From a virus (Duplodnaviria; Caudoviricetes), in IMG/VR virus record IMGVR_UViG_3300034161_000008, positions 96,001-160,000 of that record: a DNA stretch of 64,000 nucleotides; one strand, given 5' to 3'. Every line of letters starts with the position of its first letter. The stretch's first letter is position 1. Both the position numbers and the translations under genes were made by a program. Positions 59,997-64,000 of the stretch are shown here, in pieces. The notes below the pieces were generated by a model. The model ran no database searches. It saw only the letters and a list, made by a program, of their open reading frames with translations, and was not told the origin of the DNA.

Positions 59997-60773
59997 ATGG
60001 CTAGCGCCAACTCTAAGCTTCTTGACCTTGTCAACGCTGAGAACTTGCCTGCTAAACTGCTGACTGATATCAACGTCACCTTTTCAGCACCTGCTCCAAC
60101 CACAGAGGGTGGTGACACTGTCGTCACTATCACAGGGGTTCCAGGACGCGGCTACAGAGGTTCTGTTGACGTCACCTACCAACGAGTGCCCTTGACGCTC
60201 GTCGCTCCTACAGCGAGCTTGCGCAGCACCAATCAGTTTACCCAGGCAACTGTGGTAAGCATGCTTAACGCCATGTTTGGATTGTTCCTGACAGTGGACG
60301 ACTTCGAAGACTTCACACCTCCGACGTTGGAGCTGGAAGAAAGCGAGACACTCACTTTGGTGGCTAAGGCTGAGTCGAAGAACTTCACAGGTTCGATCGA
60401 AGCTACGTTCTTCTTTGGACGGACGTTGCTGGACTCAGCGATTGGTGCTCGTATCCTGGGGGTACTTAAACACCCGATTCTCCCGACTGCGCGTTCAGCT
60501 CGAATGCAAACGTGGAACATTGACTTCACGTGCATCCGTGACGCTATCCTGCCCGTCAAAGGCAAGTACGGTGATTTCGAGATTGTTCAAGCGTGCTGTG
60601 CTTACTACGACATTCCTGCATGGGTAGAGGGTGGCATTACCGATCAGGCAACATCTGCGGTAGCGGACAGCAATCAGGCGTTTGATCGCGTGGTCATCCA
60701 ACGAAACGTTAACGGTGGTGGTGCAATCGTGGGCGACATCTACCTGCACTACAACAATCTCGACGAGGTTTAA
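59997..60773 (+). CDS. Virion structural protein, family D (copy 4)
   Basis: YQRVPL; C-terminal IVGDIYLHYN. Confidence 0.8.
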   Translation: MASANSKLLDLVNAENLPAKLLTDINVTFSAPAPTTEGGDTVVTITGVPGRGYRGSVDVTYQRVPLTLVAPTASLRSTNQFTQATVVSMLNAMFGLFLTVDDFEDFTPPTLELEESETLTLVAKAESKNFTGSIEATFFFGRTLLDSAIGARILGVLKHPILPTARSARMQTWNIDFTCIRDAILPVKGKYGDFEIVQACCAYYDIPAWVEGGITDQATSAVADSNQAFDRVVIQRNVNGGGAIVGDIYLHYNNLDEV

Positions 60774-60775
60774 CC

Positions 60776-61693
60776 ATGCCTATTTTCAACAAGCCCTCGG
60801 CTGATTTGGTATACGACCTCATCAACCAGGCTAACCCACAGTTGGTGAAACCGGCAACGACCGTCAACACCAAGCTAGGGGTTCCTGCTGTTATTGCTAC
60901 ACCGGGCTTGAACAAGCTCAACACCAGCATCGTTCTGGCTGCCGTACCGGGTGGAGATTACATCGGTCGCAAGACTGTAAACTATCGCCGCATCGATCTG
61001 GCTGCGCTGACCCGTGGTGTGACGATTGCAATCGATCGTTATTCCGCTACTCAAGCCTCTGCGGGGACGGTGGTGTTTACCATCTACCAGCTGCTGCCAT
61101 TCATCAACCAGCGCTACGGTCTGAACCTGACCACCGACGACATCAACGACGGTAACATCCTGCGTGGGTCGACTCTGGTTAATGGTCAGTACACCACCAC
61201 CGTGACCGTAACCGCGAAGCCTGGTAGTCTGGGCTATATCGGTTCGTTCGCTCTGAAGTGGACGGGCGCTGCTCAGGACATCGGGTTGATGCTGGCTGTC
61301 TCTGAACTCCCGGCTCGCCAGTTCCCAGGCGGCAACGACTTCAGCAACGGTCACACGGTGCTGAACGCCCTGACCTACGGCTACGACTGGACTACGATCT
61401 TCACGGCGAACCCGTGGTATCAGTACCCAGCCGGAAACCCGAACGCAAACATTGCGGTCAACACTACCATGGGTGCGGTGTTCCAGTACATCAACTCCAC
61501 GTACGGTACGAACTTTGCACCGTCCTTCCGTTTCGACAACGAATACAACTTCGAAGTCCTGACGCTGCCGTCGGCTAAGTACCCAGAGCTCAACTCTGAT
61601 TACTACAACCGTTGCCTGGTGTTCACACCAACCTCGGACACGGCCAAAGCGCAACTGGGTGCTGGCGTCATGCAGATGCACTACAACGTCTAA
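60776..61693 (+). CDS. Virion structural protein, family D (copy 5)
   Basis: YRRIDL; C-terminal GVMQMHYN. Confidence 0.8.
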   Translation: MPIFNKPSADLVYDLINQANPQLVKPATTVNTKLGVPAVIATPGLNKLNTSIVLAAVPGGDYIGRKTVNYRRIDLAALTRGVTIAIDRYSATQASAGTVVFTIYQLLPFINQRYGLNLTTDDINDGNILRGSTLVNGQYTTTVTVTAKPGSLGYIGSFALKWTGAAQDIGLMLAVSELPARQFPGGNDFSNGHTVLNALTYGYDWTTIFTANPWYQYPAGNPNANIAVNTTMGAVFQYINSTYGTNFAPSFRFDNEYNFEVLTLPSAKYPELNSDYYNRCLVFTPTSDTAKAQLGAGVMQMHYNV

Positions 61694-61703
61694 GGAGTGA
61701 GTC

Positions 61704-62582
61704 ATGTCTTATCAAGCGATTTCCCTTCCTGACTTGCTCGTCGAACTGAACAAAGCAAACGGCACTACGTTCACCACGAACGACGTTGCCTTTGCTAACC
61801 CTCAGGTTGTTGCAGGTACGTGGAAGGCTAAAACCACACTCAAGAACACGGGTGTGGTCGTGACTGCCAAAGCTGGTAGCGCGTATCAAGGTCGTGCAAA
61901 CATTCTGTACGATCGTCTGCCGTTGTCGGCACTGGACCCGGCGAAGTTGAAGGGTTTCCAATTGGCTGCGTACCAACCAGCAAAGATCTACGACTTGTTG
62001 CCGTGGCTCAAATACTGGAACGGTTTGCAGCTGACCAGCGACGACATCAATGATGGCGATCTGGTAGACAACGGTGACGGCACTAAAACTGCTGTGATCT
62101 CTGCCAAGCCTGGATCGTACGGTTGGGTTGGGTCTGTATCGATTCTGGTCAAGCCAGGCGGTGCTTCACTCAACAACGTGTTGACGGCTCCTGATCTGAT
62201 GGGTCTGAACTACCCAACAGCTTCGGATACTGACACGTACTCGCAGATCTACATGTACGGCTACGATTTCACCACGTACTTCAACGACATCGTTGGGTTG
62301 AACGTTGGTGCAATCCCTGCTGCTTCCATCACTAAGTTGGTGGCTGCGTTTACGGCAGTGGACGTTTCCAGCGGTAAAGCACTGTGGAACGAACAAGCCA
62401 GTTCGACTGCGTGGTCGTTGGCCGGAGCTACTGTGGTTTCCAACGGGCTGAACAACCCTGTGACGATGCCGACCAACCCGGCGTACAAATACGTTCTGGC
62501 AATCAATTTGCGCAGCGATGTGTTGACGCCTGCTGGTACGCTGTACCTGCACTACAACGATCCGTTCGATCCGAACGCCTAA
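61704..62582 (+). CDS. Virion structural protein, family D (copy 6)
   Basis: YDRLPL; C-terminal AGTLYLHYN. Confidence 0.8.
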   Translation: MSYQAISLPDLLVELNKANGTTFTTNDVAFANPQVVAGTWKAKTTLKNTGVVVTAKAGSAYQGRANILYDRLPLSALDPAKLKGFQLAAYQPAKIYDLLPWLKYWNGLQLTSDDINDGDLVDNGDGTKTAVISAKPGSYGWVGSVSILVKPGGASLNNVLTAPDLMGLNYPTASDTDTYSQIYMYGYDFTTYFNDIVGLNVGAIPAASITKLVAAFTAVDVSSGKALWNEQASSTAWSLAGATVVSNGLNNPVTMPTNPAYKYVLAINLRSDVLTPAGTLYLHYNDPFDPNA

Positions 62583-62589
62583 CTGGGCT

Positions 62590-62613
62590 GGGTGGGTTCG
62601 CCCACCCTTTTTT
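62590..62613 (+). terminator. UUCG intrinsic terminator
   Basis: GGGTGGG-TTCG-CCCACCC-TTTTTT. Confidence 0.9.
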
Positions 62614-62633
62614 ACTGATTTAGGAGACTACCC

Positions 62634-63659
62634 ATGTTACGTTGCGTCTGGGGCTTCGACCACGTTTTGAAGAACGTGCAGGAATCATGGTTGGCTAACA
62701 GCGGCTACTCGTTGTTTCGCAAGAACGCCGTCGCCAACAAAGGACTCATCATCAACGACGATGGAGCCATCACTACACTACCGGGTGTTTCTACCGGGAA
62801 CAACACGCAGCTTTATATCGACTGCACACCCGTAGCCGTCGCTGGTGTTACAAGTCTTGTATTCGGCCTTCGTCTCAAGACTCTTGCGCTTGGTAACAGC
62901 GGCGCAATGCTCTACTTTACTGGTGACAGTGCCGGGTCGTCATACGTCCAGCTATTGACGTTTGCTCAGCTGACCAAAGCAAACGTGGGTGATGAAGTTT
63001 ACATCGAGGTTGTTGCGGATTTGGTTGCAGCTACGTTCACTGTCTTTATGGATGGGGTTCTGATTGTATCTCCTACCGCGATCGGTGCAACGCTCAATGG
63101 TCAGCTGAAAGCGGGCTTGGTGTGGGTGGCGGTCAACCTCACTGGCTCCGGTCAGTCTGGTTTGATTTCTCTGCGCGACATGTACTTCTTGGATAACGTG
63201 GGTGGCGACGGCTTTGTTGGTCGTCAGGGTCCGCGCCGTGTTCAGAAAGTTGACTTCGATTTGGCCACCGGTACGGGCTGGACTACTACCGACGGCTCCG
63301 ATCTGCTGACCACTCTCAAAGTGGCTCCAGATACTGCTAACCCAGCATTTGGTGTGGCTCCTTCCACTAAAGCACCGCTGGCCCTGTCGATGAAGTCTAC
63401 CTTCTCTGATTCGTTCATCGTAGACGCCGTCTATGTACAGCTGGCGGGTAAAGTGGACGCAGCAGGGGGCATCACAAAGACTCAGGTTAAGGATGGCGCT
63501 AACAGCACCACAGCGTCCAGCTTGAAATCTGACTTCACCACCACCCTCAAATACGGCGTACCGGCTGGTGTCTTTGCGCGTCACCCATCGGGTGTTCGCT
63601 GGAACAGCGCCAACCTCGATACTGCTTCCTTTGTGGTATTGCCTGACCAGGTGAGCTAA
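62634..63659 (+). CDS. Putative virion protein with lectin/ConA-like beta-sandwich
   Basis: YIEVVADL...FTVFMDGV...DMYFLDN..G..GRQGPRRV pattern typical of phage tail lectin-like proteins. Confidence 0.65.
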   Translation: MLRCVWGFDHVLKNVQESWLANSGYSLFRKNAVANKGLIINDDGAITTLPGVSTGNNTQLYIDCTPVAVAGVTSLVFGLRLKTLALGNSGAMLYFTGDSAGSSYVQLLTFAQLTKANVGDEVYIEVVADLVAATFTVFMDGVLIVSPTAIGATLNGQLKAGLVWVAVNLTGSGQSGLISLRDMYFLDNVGGDGFVGRQGPRRVQKVDFDLATGTGWTTTDGSDLLTTLKVAPDTANPAFGVAPSTKAPLALSMKSTFSDSFIVDAVYVQLAGKVDAAGGITKTQVKDGANSTTASSLKSDFTTTLKYGVPAGVFARHPSGVRWNSANLDTASFVVLPDQVS

Positions 63660-63661
63660 CC

Positions 63662-64000
63662 ATGACCACTTCGCTAAGAAATGCTGTGGCTTACGCATTG
63701 ACGATTCCGCCTCATTCCACTTCTGTGCGAAGTGCTGTGGCGTATGCGTTGACTCGTGACCCAGGTGTCGCACCAGCACCGTCGTATGTTTCGTCGGATC
63801 TGCGTAAGGCGCAAGATCGTTTGCTCTACGATTTGATCGAGGACAGCAACCCTGGCTTTCAGGCAGCATTCCCTCTGAATAAAATCCAGTTTGGTGCGCC
63901 TGCTGTCAAGACCATTGATCCGGCAGATCCTTACAAGCGAGACACTACTTGTATTGTTTCTCCAAAACAGGGCAGTGGCTTAGTTGGCAGTAAGACGATC
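63662..64000 (+). CDS. Virion structural protein with a family D domain, 3'-partial (missing from the ORF track)
   Basis: MTTSLRNAVAYALT..SVRSAVAYALT...LLYDLIEDSNPG...IQFGAP...RDTT..GSGLVGSKTI; runs off the window. Confidence 0.75.
   Translation, partial: MTTSLRNAVAYALTIPPHSTSVRSAVAYALTRDPGVAPAPSYVSSDLRKAQDRLLYDLIEDSNPGFQAAFPLNKIQFGAPAVKTIDPADPYKRDTTCIVSPKQGSGLVGSKTI

Noticed and set aside
60875-63869. Minus-strand ORFs of 276 and 305 aa
   Set aside because: Antisense shadows of the structural array genes
1-64000. tRNA, rRNA or CRISPR arrays
   Set aside because: No cloverleaf with T-loop and CCA, and no regularly spaced repeats seen; the TTCG hits are terminator tetraloops

Overview
This 64-kb window comes from a phiKZ-related (Chimalliviridae-like) jumbo phage genome; the host is probably a Pseudomonas or another proteobacterium (inference). 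There are three blocks. (1) 1-16 kb is the conserved phiKZ core: a 5'-truncated portal-like gene (gp129-like), an array of six short paralogous genes, a large Q-rich conserved gene, the non-virion RNA polymerase beta-like subunit (gp123-like), a gp122-like gene, the major capsid protein (gp120-like), a gp119-like gene and the divergent DnaB helicase (gp118-like). (2) 16-53.4 kb is a dense minus-strand accessory region of about 70 mostly small ORFs. It carries dTMP-supply genes (dcd, thyA, folA), NUDIX and HD hydrolases, a TAXI-type solute-binding protein, a stand-alone NAD-ligase Ia domain, an HslV-like Ntn peptidase, a BCS1-like AAA+ ATPase, a TYW3-like protein, a host-like DUF3309 peptide, an Arr-like ADP-ribosyltransferase and several small paralog families. 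(3) 53.4-64 kb holds two related tail-associated genes, a DUF1353 gene and a plus-strand tandem array of paralogous virion structural genes. I found no tRNA, rRNA, CRISPR array, intron or intein. The most notable unexplained patterns are: the six-gene array with a degenerate P-loop-like domain; an orphan copy of the tail-array domain in the early region; terminator hairpins systematically followed by TATG(C); a gene bracketed by 36-bp direct repeats; and a stand-alone terminase-N-terminus-like motif. All protein family calls are from motif recognition by eye, with no database search.
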